Positions 10,301-18,896 of a stretch of 64,000 bases of DNA are shown in pieces. The translations under genes were made by a program, and so were the position numbers. The first letter of the stretch is position 1. Each line of letters opens with the position of its first letter. The stretch is from positions 7,549 to 71,548 of the forward strand of contig DAITPU010000001.1 in the NCBI GenBank assembly GCA_036833455.1. Reading direction: 5' to 3'. The notes beneath the pieces are model-generated. The model saw nothing but the letters and a program-made list of their open reading frames with translations, had not been told where the DNA came from and ran no database searches. This DNA comes from a bacterium. GTDB lineage: Archaea > Nanobdellota > Nanobdellia > Pacearchaeales > GW2011-AR1.

Positions 10301-10622
10301 TTCCAAAATCCACATAATTTTCTCCATCAAATTGAATTGCCCCATTTACTAATCCTTCACTCCAAAGACTATCTTTTGTTAATTCTCCATTAAAATCTTC
10401 TTTTATTAAAGCATTAACTTCAATTCCTGAACTTTCATTAAATTCATAAAAAGCAACCAATTTGCTACTAGAATTCAAATAAAGAGCAGGATATGCCGGT
10501 AAATTTCTTTCCTCTCCAAAAATTCCAAAAAAACTTCCTCCATAAGAAGGATTAATTATAAAAAAAAATATTCCCAAGACAGAAATTATTCCTAAAACAA
10601 AAAGTAAAATTTTTTTTTTCAT
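7389..10622 (-). CDS. 1077-aa secreted surface protein with an N-terminal LamG-like domain, three PKD-like repeats, a canonical dockerin, a second LamG-like domain and a fourth PKD-like repeat
   Basis: It has a signal peptide. The dockerin has two Ca-binding loops, DLNGDGKIDSED and DWDNSGNISATD, each followed by a helix. The LamG-like motif is WHHALLTYDKPENNFTLYVDG...LDEFVIYNLTLTPSEIERLY. A roughly 80-aa unit YSSDTLKGYCNATD...NWILSCLA.D is repeated three times, with a fourth copy near the C-terminus. NxS/T sequons are very frequent. Confidence 0.7.
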   Translation of the reverse strand: MKKKILLFVLGIISVLGIFFFIINPSYGGSFFGIFGEERNLPAYPALYLNSSSKLVAFYEFNESSGIEVNALIKEDFNGELTKDSLWSEGLVNGAIQFDGENYVDFGSQENFWVMSGTHFSYLALVYVPESLDKEIWILDDGFNSEGEDSLNVGFGLWINTDRTISGRLVSGNSSAVYPDGPESGIYTSTNSVQLGTWNLIGFSREAYGDDYGVGKIFIANEENVLNETQEYNGNNSLNYSNYKNHIGLRINNPDQEISEQDYSLNGSKIDYFGIYDNYSMDFEEFELIWNEGDPLTYPFIYNNAPEMENSTIFPSVAYTNDTLKGYCNASDLEDNNLTYYYLWYKNGSLNLSGKKEGNYSSGAEINVANVSSSITSKEENWTLSCLASDFLENSSWVNSSVLTISNVPPIIIESNILPSIRYSSDTLKGYCNATDADGDTLTYYYSWYKNNVLNSSGVTAGGHASGAEINVANISSSLTTSGENWILSCLAYDGEDNSSWLNSSVKGIYFPLVPYLNTTSSYNFTTDNLTLHFDYLEDADSSSCEVVCRPGQLKGDLNGDGKIDSEDSFLAQAIFVEIISCYDENVHLCCGDWDNSGNISATDALKISNFYTGNTSSSVGQCYPENAVSYVSDWDNSGRGVEIIKYAFNKNDSSSVKDYGFNGYDGSIHGATWVKEGKVGGAYSFDGNDYINTTMNDFDLYAQSFSLSFWINTYSDSGTILAMCEEGVCDDGGYDGFHFEISSGKIRFIISDRFSLLGTSLVNTSQVNGNGSSITNWHHALLTYDKPENNFTLYVDGVQENSAVESGWVGTIPSSSLTLGGDAGGWGYFIGQLDEFVIYNLTLTPSEIERLYWYGMGAKDLDILENVHTSPGETWIAGVTPTNEDFDNNYRVQSNSVLINSPNPFIVSSLILPLFSYYNDTLRGYCNATDIEKQNLTYHYKWYVDGIENLSGNIGEYSESFEVNVANISSENTSAGQDWILSCLASDGTYNSSWVNSSTKRILSFDSCIYSGSGDWNISMGDFCIISLNTNLGLNKLFFSGIGNCTINSTIYTKNMGYPPIDSILYIASGGKIKIS

Positions 10623-13250
10623 TTAAGCGCTACAAATTGAACCTCCACTGGAAAAGATTATACAATTATCCACCGTTACATTTCCTGAAAGAGTAGATGT
10701 TGAAGTTACTTCAAAAGTTCCATTAACATGAAGGGTTTTAGAAGGTTTGTTGTGATTTATTCCCACTCTTGCATTATCAAACTGACCATAAATCAAAGGA
10801 ATTGAATTCACATTTGCTTGATGAAGAATAAATACATTTGAAGCGGTATTCCCATAGCCTGCTTGATAACCCAAAGCAATTACATTATTTCCTGAATTAG
10901 AATAAAGAGCTTCATCCCCTATAGAAATTGTTTTACTTCCCAAATTATAAGCTCCAGAATAATAACCAAAAGCAACTTGATTATCCCCTTCATTAGAAAG
11001 CCCGGCCCCATATCCAAAAGCGGATTGGTAATCTCCTAAGTTATACCTTCCTGAAGAAATTCCAAATGCACTTTGCCATGATGCTTTATTAGAAGACCCA
11101 GAATAATAACCAAACGCTGTTTGTTCAAAAGAACTTTCATTTCCTGCTGCTGCTCCCCCGAACGTATTCGTATATGAATTAGAAGTTCTCAAAATAGGAA
11201 TTCCTCCTTGCATATAAGAATATCCGTCTGGAATATTCACACTTCCTGCAATAACATCTAATTTATGTGAAGGTGCTCCTCCAATACCTATATTCCCTGA
11301 TGCTCCTTGATAAATTTCAGAATTGTTTAGAGAAGAAGTTCCATTCCATAAAGGAATTCTCATTGAAGTTCCTGCTCCAGAAAGATAAGTAGGAATCGTA
11401 CTTGAATTATAAAATCCGTAAGGATTTACTAAAGGATAGTAATTAGCTAAAGAAGAATTGAAAGCTAAAGTTCCATTGTAAGCTAATGGATCTGATTCAG
11501 AAGTTAAAAAACTTGAAGTATCAATAGACCAATTAGCTATCAATCCTGTTGAATTCCAATCTTTAATTAAACCTGATGAATTATATTGATGATAAGTTGA
11601 ATTATAAGTAGAACTCCAAGATGAATTATACAAACTAAAATTTCCGCTCCAGAATGGATCTGTTTCTGTATAACTTTGTAAATATCTGTCATCACTTTGT
11701 GTTTTGTTATAAAAAGTGTCATTAATCCAAGCATCTTCATAATTTCCAACGGGCAAAGTTGTAGAATTATAATATCCGAATGGGTTGCTTGTTAAATATA
11801 AGCTTCCATTGTAAGCTAATGAATCTGTTTCAGAAGTTAAAACTCCACTTAAACAATTTCCTCCTTCAATACAAATATCTCCCGTAGAATTTATTGATCC
11901 AGACACTCCTAAATTATTTCCAACATAAGCATTTCTACCTAAATATAAATCTCTCCACCTTAAACTAGAATTTCCTAAATCAAACTGATTATGATAACCT
12001 ATTTCTGGAACAAGGGATCCATTAATCTGAAGATTATTTACTGAAATAGAATTTAATGTATAAAAATAACCCGTTTGAGCATATATAGCTCCTCCAATAA
12101 TGCTTAATCCATTTGAAGTCCACCCCCCATTAAAATCAAATTGTCCGAAAACCGAATTATTCAAAGGCATAAAAAAACTAGAATCATAACCATCCAATTT
12201 ATCTGTATCTAAAAAACTATCACTCCAATTAATTATCAACCCTGTTGAGTTCCAATCTTTAATTAAACCTGATGAATTATATTGATGATAAGTTAAATTA
12301 TAAGTAGAACTCCAACTCTCATTATAAGCTGTAAAATTAGAAGCCCATAGTGGGTCTATTTCTGTATAACTTTGTAGGTATCTATCATCACTTTGTGTTT
12401 TATTATAAAAAGTATCATTAATCCAAGCATCGTCGTAACTTCCGACGGGCAAAGTCGTAGAATTATAATATCCATAAGGATTATTTATTGAATAATATAA
12501 ACTATCTGCATAAGTTTTGTTCCATGAAAACAAAGATAAATAATTTGAATAATTAGAAGTCCATAATGGATCTGTTTCTGAAGTTAAAACTCCACTTAAA
12601 CAATTTCCTCCTTCAATACAAATATCTCCTGTTGCATTAATAGTTCCATTTGATAAAATATCTCCTGCCACATGCAATAATCTCTGAGGAGAATTAGTTC
12701 CAATTCCCACATTTCCTGAAGTAAAAAAAAGATTTCCTCCATTCAGCTCCCAATAATTAATTTGACTTAAATTAATTGCAGAAGTATTAATGTCTGTCAA
12801 ATACCTTCCGCTTCCCAAAAAATAAAAAGCACTCAAATTATAAGTTCCAAAATTCAAAGAAGAATCAATTTCTATTCCAGAACTGTTAACATATTTAGAA
12901 CGAAAAGAGTAAGGCGTCCTAGAAATTTTAGTTGAATTTATTAAAGATCCATTACGATAATAACACAAATAATATTGTTGATCATAATTTAAATTAGTAT
13001 TTTGAAGATAGTAAGAAATAATCCCTCTGGAATCGGTAGTTAAAGTTTCAGAATCAGAATAGATAACATTCAAACAATTCGAATCTGTAGTAATATTAAA
13101 AACAAAGTTATATGTTCCAGCTAAAATATTGCCTTCTGAATCAGTTGTCTGAATATTCAAATGAAGTTCATCTAAAATTTCTGCTGAAGAAGTAAAACTA
13201 ATAAGAAAAAAAATCAAAAATAAACCCAGGAAATACCTCTTTGTTACCAT
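10623..13250 (-). CDS. 875-aa secreted, heavily N-glycosylated surface protein with an internal duplication of about 240 aa and C-terminal YadA-head-like repeats
   Basis: It has a signal peptide. The GDICIEGGNCLSGVLTSETD...WINDTFYNKTQSDDRYLQSYTE block occurs twice. SAFGY.AG..N.G.NQVAFGYYSG...VIALGYQAG repeats resemble the left-handed beta-roll head of trimeric adhesins and phage fibres. More than 60 NxS/T sequons are present. Confidence 0.6.
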   Translation of the reverse strand: MVTKRYFLGLFLIFFLISFTSSAEILDELHLNIQTTDSEGNILAGTYNFVFNITTDSNCLNVIYSDSETLTTDSRGIISYYLQNTNLNYDQQYYLCYYRNGSLINSTKISRTPYSFRSKYVNSSGIEIDSSLNFGTYNLSAFYFLGSGRYLTDINTSAINLSQINYWELNGGNLFFTSGNVGIGTNSPQRLLHVAGDILSNGTINATGDICIEGGNCLSGVLTSETDPLWTSNYSNYLSLFSWNKTYADSLYYSINNPYGYYNSTTLPVGSYDDAWINDTFYNKTQSDDRYLQSYTEIDPLWASNFTAYNESWSSTYNLTYHQYNSSGLIKDWNSTGLIINWSDSFLDTDKLDGYDSSFFMPLNNSVFGQFDFNGGWTSNGLSIIGGAIYAQTGYFYTLNSISVNNLQINGSLVPEIGYHNQFDLGNSSLRWRDLYLGRNAYVGNNLGVSGSINSTGDICIEGGNCLSGVLTSETDSLAYNGSLYLTSNPFGYYNSTTLPVGNYEDAWINDTFYNKTQSDDRYLQSYTETDPFWSGNFSLYNSSWSSTYNSTYHQYNSSGLIKDWNSTGLIANWSIDTSSFLTSESDPLAYNGTLAFNSSLANYYPLVNPYGFYNSSTIPTYLSGAGTSMRIPLWNGTSSLNNSEIYQGASGNIGIGGAPSHKLDVIAGSVNIPDGYSYMQGGIPILRTSNSYTNTFGGAAAGNESSFEQTAFGYYSGSSNKASWQSAFGISSGRYNLGDYQSAFGYGAGLSNEGDNQVAFGYYSGAYNLGSKTISIGDEALYSNSGNNVIALGYQAGYGNTASNVFILHQANVNSIPLIYGQFDNARVGINHNKPSKTLHVNGTFEVTSTSTLSGNVTVDNCIIFSSGGSICSA

Positions 13251-13446
13251 CTCTTTTTAACCTTTCATAAACCAAAACTCCTACTTCTATTTTAGAGCTT
13301 TTTAGTATATAAATATTATGTTTACTTACTTTTTACTTACCGACGGAAAAAAGCCATAAAATAAAGAGGCAAATAAATTTAAATAAAAATAATTTTACTT
13401 ACAAAAAATAAAAAAGATTTTTATACTTAACTAACTAATATGTATA

Positions 13447-13773
13447 ATGAAAAGAAGATTAAAAAAACTAAAAAATTCTTTAAAAAAAATTCCCTTCAGA
13501 AATAAAAAGAAATCTAAATTTGAGATATTCTTAAATAAAATAATTTATCTCGTAGGAATACTGGGACCAATAATGACTTTACCTCAAGTTTTGAAAATAT
13601 TCCTAGATAAAAATGCAGCAGGCGTTTCTGCAATATCTTGGGGATTTTATTTCTTATTTTCAGGAATATGGTTAATGTATGGAATAGTAAACAAAGAAAA
13701 ACCCATTATTGTAACTTATTCTTTTTGGGTATTATTTGATCTTTTAGTCTTTATAGGAGCTTTAATCTATTAA
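13447..13773 (+). CDS. SemiSWEET / PQ-loop sugar transporter (3-TM) with a lysine-rich N-terminal extension
   Basis: TLPQVLKIF, WGFYFLFSGIWLMYGIVNKEKPIIV and three predicted TM helices match the SemiSWEET triple-helix bundle (PQ motif, W..YG, PII). Confidence 0.65.
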   Translation: MKRRLKKLKNSLKKIPFRNKKKSKFEIFLNKIIYLVGILGPIMTLPQVLKIFLDKNAAGVSAISWGFYFLFSGIWLMYGIVNKEKPIIVTYSFWVLFDLLVFIGALIY

Positions 13774-13894
13774 TGATCCTGCTGAGATTTGAACTCAGGA
13801 CCTCTGGCTCTCTTAGAAAGCTCCAAGAGATAGCAACCCTAACGAATTACTTTCTTATAAGACCAGCGCTCTAACCAGGCTGAGCTACAGGATC
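13774..13894 (-). tRNA. tRNA-Ile (anticodon UAU) with a 47-48 nt intron 3' of the anticodon; CCA not encoded
   Basis: Manual cloverleaf on the minus strand reads GATCCTG-TA-GCTC-AGCCTGGTTA-GAGC-G-CTGGT-CTTATAA-[intron GAAAG..AAGAG]-GCCAG-AGGTC-CTGAG-TTCAAAT-CTCAG-CAGGATC-A. All stems pair. Confidence 0.7.
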
Positions 13895-13936
13895 AATATA
13901 AAAGAAATAAAAATTAATCCTTATTTAAAATTATCC

Positions 13937-15313
13937 TTATTCTCTAGGTTTAGATTGAGCTAAAAAATAAGCCATGTTAGAATCAACTTCTTTAGACTTT
14001 CTATCTTTTTTATAAGTTCCTTTAGTCCTAGGCAAAGCAAATTTACCTAAAACTCCTACTTTAGAATAGATTATATAAGATAAAATCCTCTTTTCTCCAG
14101 GTTCTAGTCTATCAAATTCCCATTCAAAAATCTTACTTCCTTTGTGGAACCTTTTAGGTATTTCTCCTCCAAAATGATTATATACATCAACTAATGGGGG
14201 TAATCTATCTATAATTTTAACATTTTCTAGATGATCGTTAGCTTCTAAGATGATAGAAACTTTCAATCCAAATTCCCCTCCTTTGGCATTAACAAAATTA
14301 ACTTTTTTCTTAATTAAAAGATCTCTTTTAGAATATTTATCTGTTAAATACCAAACCAAAATTAAAAACAATATAACTGCAAAAGGGAGAAACCAGTTTG
14401 TTTTAGTTTTAACTTCTAATTTTTCCCCAGGATTTAATTCTTGAACCCAAGTATAATAAATCTTAGAACCCTGCCTTTCTACAAAATCCGGTTCAATACT
14501 GAATGTAGTAAAAAGTCTAGAAAAGATATTTTTTTTGGCAGTTATTACTGCTGGCAGGGGAATATTTCCCTCATTACTTTTCTCTTGAATTTGAGTCAAG
14601 ATAAAAAAACCATAATTTTGTTCCCGAGTTGAAATTAAACTTTTTTCTTCAAATTCCAATTTACCTTCAAGCTCTACTTCAGAATCTTTAACTTTTAGAA
14701 GAGCATTTATACTATAAAAACCAGCCCCCAAACTACTAAAATCCTTCTTATTTAGCGAAACTTTAACACTCTTTTTTTCAGAAGGACCTAAATCAAAACT
14801 ACCCGAAGTTTTAAAGAAAGCCGAATTAAATTCAAAATCTAAATCGCTAAAATAAAAGTTAACTTTGTTATAGACATAAATATCTGTATATTTAGATTCT
14901 GGATCAATTTTTCCAGCACTTATTTCAAAAGCATCTTCCAAATCAATTATATTCACAATTAACTCTTCTTTAATTTCTTCACCTTTTGAAGATTGAATGT
15001 AATATTCAAAAAGAACGTATTTTCTCAAATGAAGATCTTCTCTAGGATGCAAATAGAAAGTAACTTCTTTTGTTTCCCCCGATTTTATTTTAAAACTCTC
15101 CATAGGAGTTATTCCTCCTGCAAAAAGAGAATAAATATGAAAATTATCTGTTGGCCCATTGTTAGTAATATTAATTTTAAACGTCGCTGGATCTCCCGTA
15201 CCAAGAACCAAAAATTCATTTGAACTAACTTTCTGAACTTCCAAATCAATAGCAGATACTAAAGGAAATAAAATCAAACTAAAAAATAAAATCCCCAAAA
15301 TCACTTTTTTCAT
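13937..15313 (-). CDS. Membrane protein with a signal peptide, an extracellular CARDB/DUF11-like beta domain, one TM helix and a cytoplasmic domain of about 150 aa
   Basis: The N-terminus is hydrophobic. LVLGTGDPATFKINITNNGPTDNF is present. The TM helix FLPFAVILFLILVWYL is at about residue 305. Confidence 0.4.
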   Translation of the reverse strand: MKKVILGILFFSLILFPLVSAIDLEVQKVSSNEFLVLGTGDPATFKINITNNGPTDNFHIYSLFAGGITPMESFKIKSGETKEVTFYLHPREDLHLRKYVLFEYYIQSSKGEEIKEELIVNIIDLEDAFEISAGKIDPESKYTDIYVYNKVNFYFSDLDFEFNSAFFKTSGSFDLGPSEKKSVKVSLNKKDFSSLGAGFYSINALLKVKDSEVELEGKLEFEEKSLISTREQNYGFFILTQIQEKSNEGNIPLPAVITAKKNIFSRLFTTFSIEPDFVERQGSKIYYTWVQELNPGEKLEVKTKTNWFLPFAVILFLILVWYLTDKYSKRDLLIKKKVNFVNAKGGEFGLKVSIILEANDHLENVKIIDRLPPLVDVYNHFGGEIPKRFHKGSKIFEWEFDRLEPGEKRILSYIIYSKVGVLGKFALPRTKGTYKKDRKSKEVDSNMAYFLAQSKPRE

Positions 15314-15357
15314 AATAAGAAATAAATAAAATTCTATTTAAACATTTCTATATCAAA

Positions 15358-15861
15358 TTATCTTTTACCTGACAAAGATAAAAAGGCCTTTACTTGGGCC
15401 AAGAATTCATCACAATCTCCAGCTAACTTATTTTCCATTTGCTTAACTTGATTAGGAATTATCCATTTCTCATAAATACTTCTCCACAATTTCATTCTTG
15501 CACTTGTCTCAAACTTACCATCATAATCACTAACTAGAGTTCCAGAAACAGCAACTTCAGGATCCCCTTTATTGGTCTTTATTTTTTTTCCATCCTCATT
15601 CAGTTCCACATCTAATAAGGGAATTATTTTAACCTCCACTTTAACCTCAAATTTAAAGTAATCGGTTACCTTTTTAGTCCCTTTCCATTTAAAAGAAATT
15701 TCCTTTGAAGAACCCTTTATCTTCTCTGAATATTCTTCCTCTGCAACATCAAGGTCAAGTTCATTTGTTAACCATTCATATGAAAATTGATAAAACTCTT
15801 TAAAATCAAAAAGTCCGCTATATTTCACCTTACTGGAATAAACTTTATTCTTTCCACTCAT
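15358..15861 (-). CDS. Hypothetical protein. The start is set at the internal Met (MSGKNKVY). The longer ORF to 15948 would remove the thermosome promoter.
   Basis: ORF-track frame. A TATA-like element for the divergent thermosome gene lies at about 15919-15926, so the longer start is unlikely. Confidence 0.35.
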   Translation of the reverse strand: MSGKNKVYSSKVKYSGLFDFKEFYQFSYEWLTNELDLDVAEEEYSEKIKGSSKEISFKWKGTKKVTDYFKFEVKVEVKIIPLLDVELNEDGKKIKTNKGDPEVAVSGTLVSDYDGKFETSARMKLWRSIYEKWIIPNQVKQMENKLAGDCDEFLAQVKAFLSLSGKR

Positions 15862-15918
15862 AGAAATTATATGAATTTTAGTTTTAAATATTCTTCTATT
15901 TATACTCCTAGCAACAAC

Positions 15919-15926
15919 AATCTTTA
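15919..15926 (+). promoter_or_regulatory. Putative archaeal TATA box (TTTAAATA) about 26-33 nt upstream of the thermosome ATG; the transcript is probably leaderless
   Basis: Sequence tctttaaataacttttaagagttttcaaattATG. Confidence 0.3.
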
Positions 15927-15951
15927 AATAACTTTTAAGAGTTTTCAAATT

Positions 15952-17565
15952 ATGGTGAAAAATAATAATATCCTTTCTGAAAATATGGATCGGCTTTTAG
16001 GAAGAGACGCTCAAAGAAATAACATTTTTGCTGCAAGAATGGTGGCTGAAATAGTAAAAACTACTTTGGGCCCAAAAGGTATGGACAAAATGTTGGTTAC
16101 TCCTACAAACGAAATAATAGTTACAAATGATGGGGTGACCATTTTAGAAGAAATGGAAATTGAACATCCGGCAGCAAAAATGATGGTTGAAGTTGCAAGA
16201 ACCCAAGAAAAAGAAGTGGGAGATGGAACAACTACTTCTGTTATGATTGCTGGAAAATTATTAGAAAACGCAGAAAAACTAATTGATAAAAAAATTCATC
16301 CTACAATTATTTCTAAGGGATATCGAATTGCGGAAAGAAAAGCACAAGAAATCCTCCAAGAAATATCTTTAAAAATTTCCCCAGAAGATTTATCCACACT
16401 AAAGAAAATTGCAATGACCGCAATGACTGGAAAAGGTGCAGAAGATGAAAAAGAAAAATTTTCAGAAATTATAGTTAGCGCAATAAAAACAATTCAAAAT
16501 AAAGGAAAAATAAATATAGAAGACATAAAAATAGAAAAAGTCCTGGGCGATGGAATTAAAGACACAGAATTAATTCAAGGAATAGTTTTAGATAAAGAAA
16601 AAACTTCAAAAGATATGCCCTCTTTAATTGGGAAAGCTAAAATACTTTTAATTGATTTTCCCTTGGAAATCCAAACTCCGGAATTACAAACGAGAATTTC
16701 TATTTCAAGTCATTCAGAACTTCAAAAAATCTTAGGTGAAGAAGAAAATTCTATTAAAAAAATGGTTGAAAAAATATCTGAATCCGAAGCAAATGTTATT
16801 TTTTGTCAAAAAGGAATAGATGATTTTGCAAATTACTTGTTAGCTAAGAGAGGGATTTATACTTGTAGAAGAGTTCCAAAATCAGATATGGAAAAAATCT
16901 CAAAAGCAACTGGCGGAAAAATAATTTCAAACTTAAATGAAATAAATTCTTATGAATTGGGAGAAGCTGAAAACGTAGAAGAGATAAAAAGAGGAAAAGA
17001 GATAATGACTTACATAAAAGGATGCAAGAATCCAAAAGCAGTTACAATACTTATTCACGGAGGAACAAAACACATACTTGATGAAATCGAAAGGGCCTTC
17101 CTTGATGGAATAGGAGATATTGTTTCAACAATAGAAACTGGATTAGTTGTTCCAGGAGGAGGTGCAATAGAAATTGAATTAGGGAAAAGATTAAGAGAAT
17201 TTTCAAACACACTTCAAGGAAGAGAAAGATTAGCCGTAGAAGAATTTGCCAATGCTCTTGAATTTATTCCAACAACTTTAGCAGAAAATGCTGGATTGGA
17301 CCCAATAGATATTTTGACTGAATTGAAAGCAAAACATGAATCAGGAGATAAAAATGCCGGATTAAATCTTTTTACAAATAAAGTGGAAAATGTCTTAAAT
17401 GCAAGAATAATTGAACCTTACAAAATTAAATCCCAAGCCCTAAGTTCAGCAACAGATGTTGCAACAATGATTTTAAGAATAGATGATGTTATTGCGGCAA
17501 AACCTGCCAAAAAAGGAATGATTGATTCTGGAAAAGTTCCTGATTACTTTGGGGGATTGAGTTAA
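15952..17565 (+). CDS. ths: Thermosome subunit (group II chaperonin, Cpn60/TCP-1 family)
   Basis: Contains [24 protein letters not shown] and IEPYKIK. The length is 537 aa. Confidence 0.95.
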   Translation: MVKNNNILSENMDRLLGRDAQRNNIFAARMVAEIVKTTLGPKGMDKMLVTPTNEIIVTNDGVTILEEMEIEHPAAKMMVEVARTQEKEVGDGTTTSVMIAGKLLENAEKLIDKKIHPTIISKGYRIAERKAQEILQEISLKISPEDLSTLKKIAMTAMTGKGAEDEKEKFSEIIVSAIKTIQNKGKINIEDIKIEKVLGDGIKDTELIQGIVLDKEKTSKDMPSLIGKAKILLIDFPLEIQTPELQTRISISSHSELQKILGEEENSIKKMVEKISESEANVIFCQKGIDDFANYLLAKRGIYTCRRVPKSDMEKISKATGGKIISNLNEINSYELGEAENVEEIKRGKEIMTYIKGCKNPKAVTILIHGGTKHILDEIERAFLDGIGDIVSTIETGLVVPGGGAIEIELGKRLREFSNTLQGRERLAVEEFANALEFIPTTLAENAGLDPIDILTELKAKHESGDKNAGLNLFTNKVENVLNARIIEPYKIKSQALSSATDVATMILRIDDVIAAKPAKKGMIDSGKVPDYFGGLS

Positions 17566-17601
17566 CAAAACACCTTTAAACTAATTCTTCTAAAATAATT
17601 C

Positions 17602-18699
17602 ATGCATTATCATATAATCTTAACCGAAAGATGTAACTTACGTTGCAAATATTGCTATGAAAAATCTATGAAAGAATTCGAAAATGGTTTGGAAAAAAAA
17701 TGGAATTATGATGAAAATGTGCCTTTTGACACAGAAGTTCCAATTGAAAAATTAAAAAATTTCTTAAAATCAGAAGATACTTTAATATTTTACGGAGGAG
17801 AACCCTTAATAAAAATTGATAAAATAAAAGAAATTATAGATAATTTAAATTGTGAATTCGCCATGCAAACAAATGGAATTCTTTTAAATAAACTCCCAAT
17901 AAATTATCTAAATAAAATTAAAAAAATATTAATTTCGCTTGATGGAACTCCAGAAAGAACAAATCATAACAGAGGAAATGGAAAATACGAAATAATTTTA
18001 AAAAATATAAAAGAGATTAGAGAAAAAGGTTACAAAGGAGAAATTGTAGCAAGAATGACTCTTTCATATCCAGACATTTACGAACAAGCACTTCATCTCC
18101 TAAATCAACCAAAAATATTTAATTCTATACATTGGCAAATTGATGCTGGTTTTTACAAATTCGACTTTGATAAAGAAAAATTCACAAACTTTGTTGAAGA
18201 ATATAATGAATCTGTAAACAAACTTTTAAATTATTGGATAAAAGAAATGGAAAGAGGAAAAGTTTTGAAAATTTATCCATTTTTAGGAATATTTGACACG
18301 TTATATTATAATAAAAAATCTTTAATACAATGTGGATCTGGGCATTCAAATTTTACAATAAATACTTCTGGAAAAATTTCTGCATGCCCAATAATAAATT
18401 CGGTAAAAAATTTTTATTGCGGGGATATTTCAAATAAAAAAATAAAAAATTTAATTTTGAATGATAAAGAATGTGAAAAATGTGAATTTTTCAAAATATG
18501 TGGTGGGCGTTGTTTATATTGGCGTAGTGCAAAATTATGGCCTCCAGAAGGAGACAAATTAATATGCGAAACAATCAAAAATTTAATATTAAAAATAAAA
18601 GAAAAAATTCCTGAAATAAAAGATTTAATCGAAAAAAAGATAATCTCTGAAAAAGATTTTGAATTTGAGAGATATTTTGGACCTGAAATTATCCCTTAA
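17602..18699 (+). CDS. Radical SAM enzyme with a C-terminal SPASM/twitch auxiliary Fe-S domain
   Basis: CNLRCKYC is a CxxxCxxC motif at the N-terminus. The C-terminal Cys cluster is CGSGHS...SACP...CEKCEFFKICGGRCLYW. Confidence 0.75.
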   Translation: MHYHIILTERCNLRCKYCYEKSMKEFENGLEKKWNYDENVPFDTEVPIEKLKNFLKSEDTLIFYGGEPLIKIDKIKEIIDNLNCEFAMQTNGILLNKLPINYLNKIKKILISLDGTPERTNHNRGNGKYEIILKNIKEIREKGYKGEIVARMTLSYPDIYEQALHLLNQPKIFNSIHWQIDAGFYKFDFDKEKFTNFVEEYNESVNKLLNYWIKEMERGKVLKIYPFLGIFDTLYYNKKSLIQCGSGHSNFTINTSGKISACPIINSVKNFYCGDISNKKIKNLILNDKECEKCEFFKICGGRCLYWRSAKLWPPEGDKLICETIKNLILKIKEKIPEIKDLIEKKIISEKDFEFERYFGPEIIP

Positions 18700-18707
18700 A
18701 AACATTA

Positions 18708-18857
18708 TTATTTATTTTTCAAACTAATAAAAGTCCTTTCTCTTTGAATTTCTCTAGACTTCTTATTTTCCGCTTTTTGTTCTTGAGACATAGGCTTTTT
18801 CCCATGTTTCTTGTTCATTCCTCTTTGCTTATTTTTCTTTACTCTTTTACTCGCCAT
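18708..18857 (-). CDS. Unannotated small ORF encoding a 49-aa lysine-rich basic protein (MASKRVKKNKQRGMNKKHGKKPMSQEQKAENKKSREIQRERTFISLKNK)
   Basis: Manual translation. It is below the ORF-track length cutoff, has no Cys, and is convergent with the radical SAM gene. Confidence 0.3.
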   Translation of the reverse strand: MASKRVKKNKQRGMNKKHGKKPMSQEQKAENKKSREIQRERTFISLKNK

Positions 18858-18896
18858 CCTAAAATTAGATTTAATTAGTTTATATTGCTTTGTTTT

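Noticed and set aside
17602-18699. Radical SAM as Taw1/TYW1 (wyosine pathway) partner of the Trm5/Taw2-like gene at 43153
   Set aside because: The C-terminal Cys pattern looks SPASM/twitch-like rather than Taw1-like, and the genes are 25 kb apart. There is not enough evidence.
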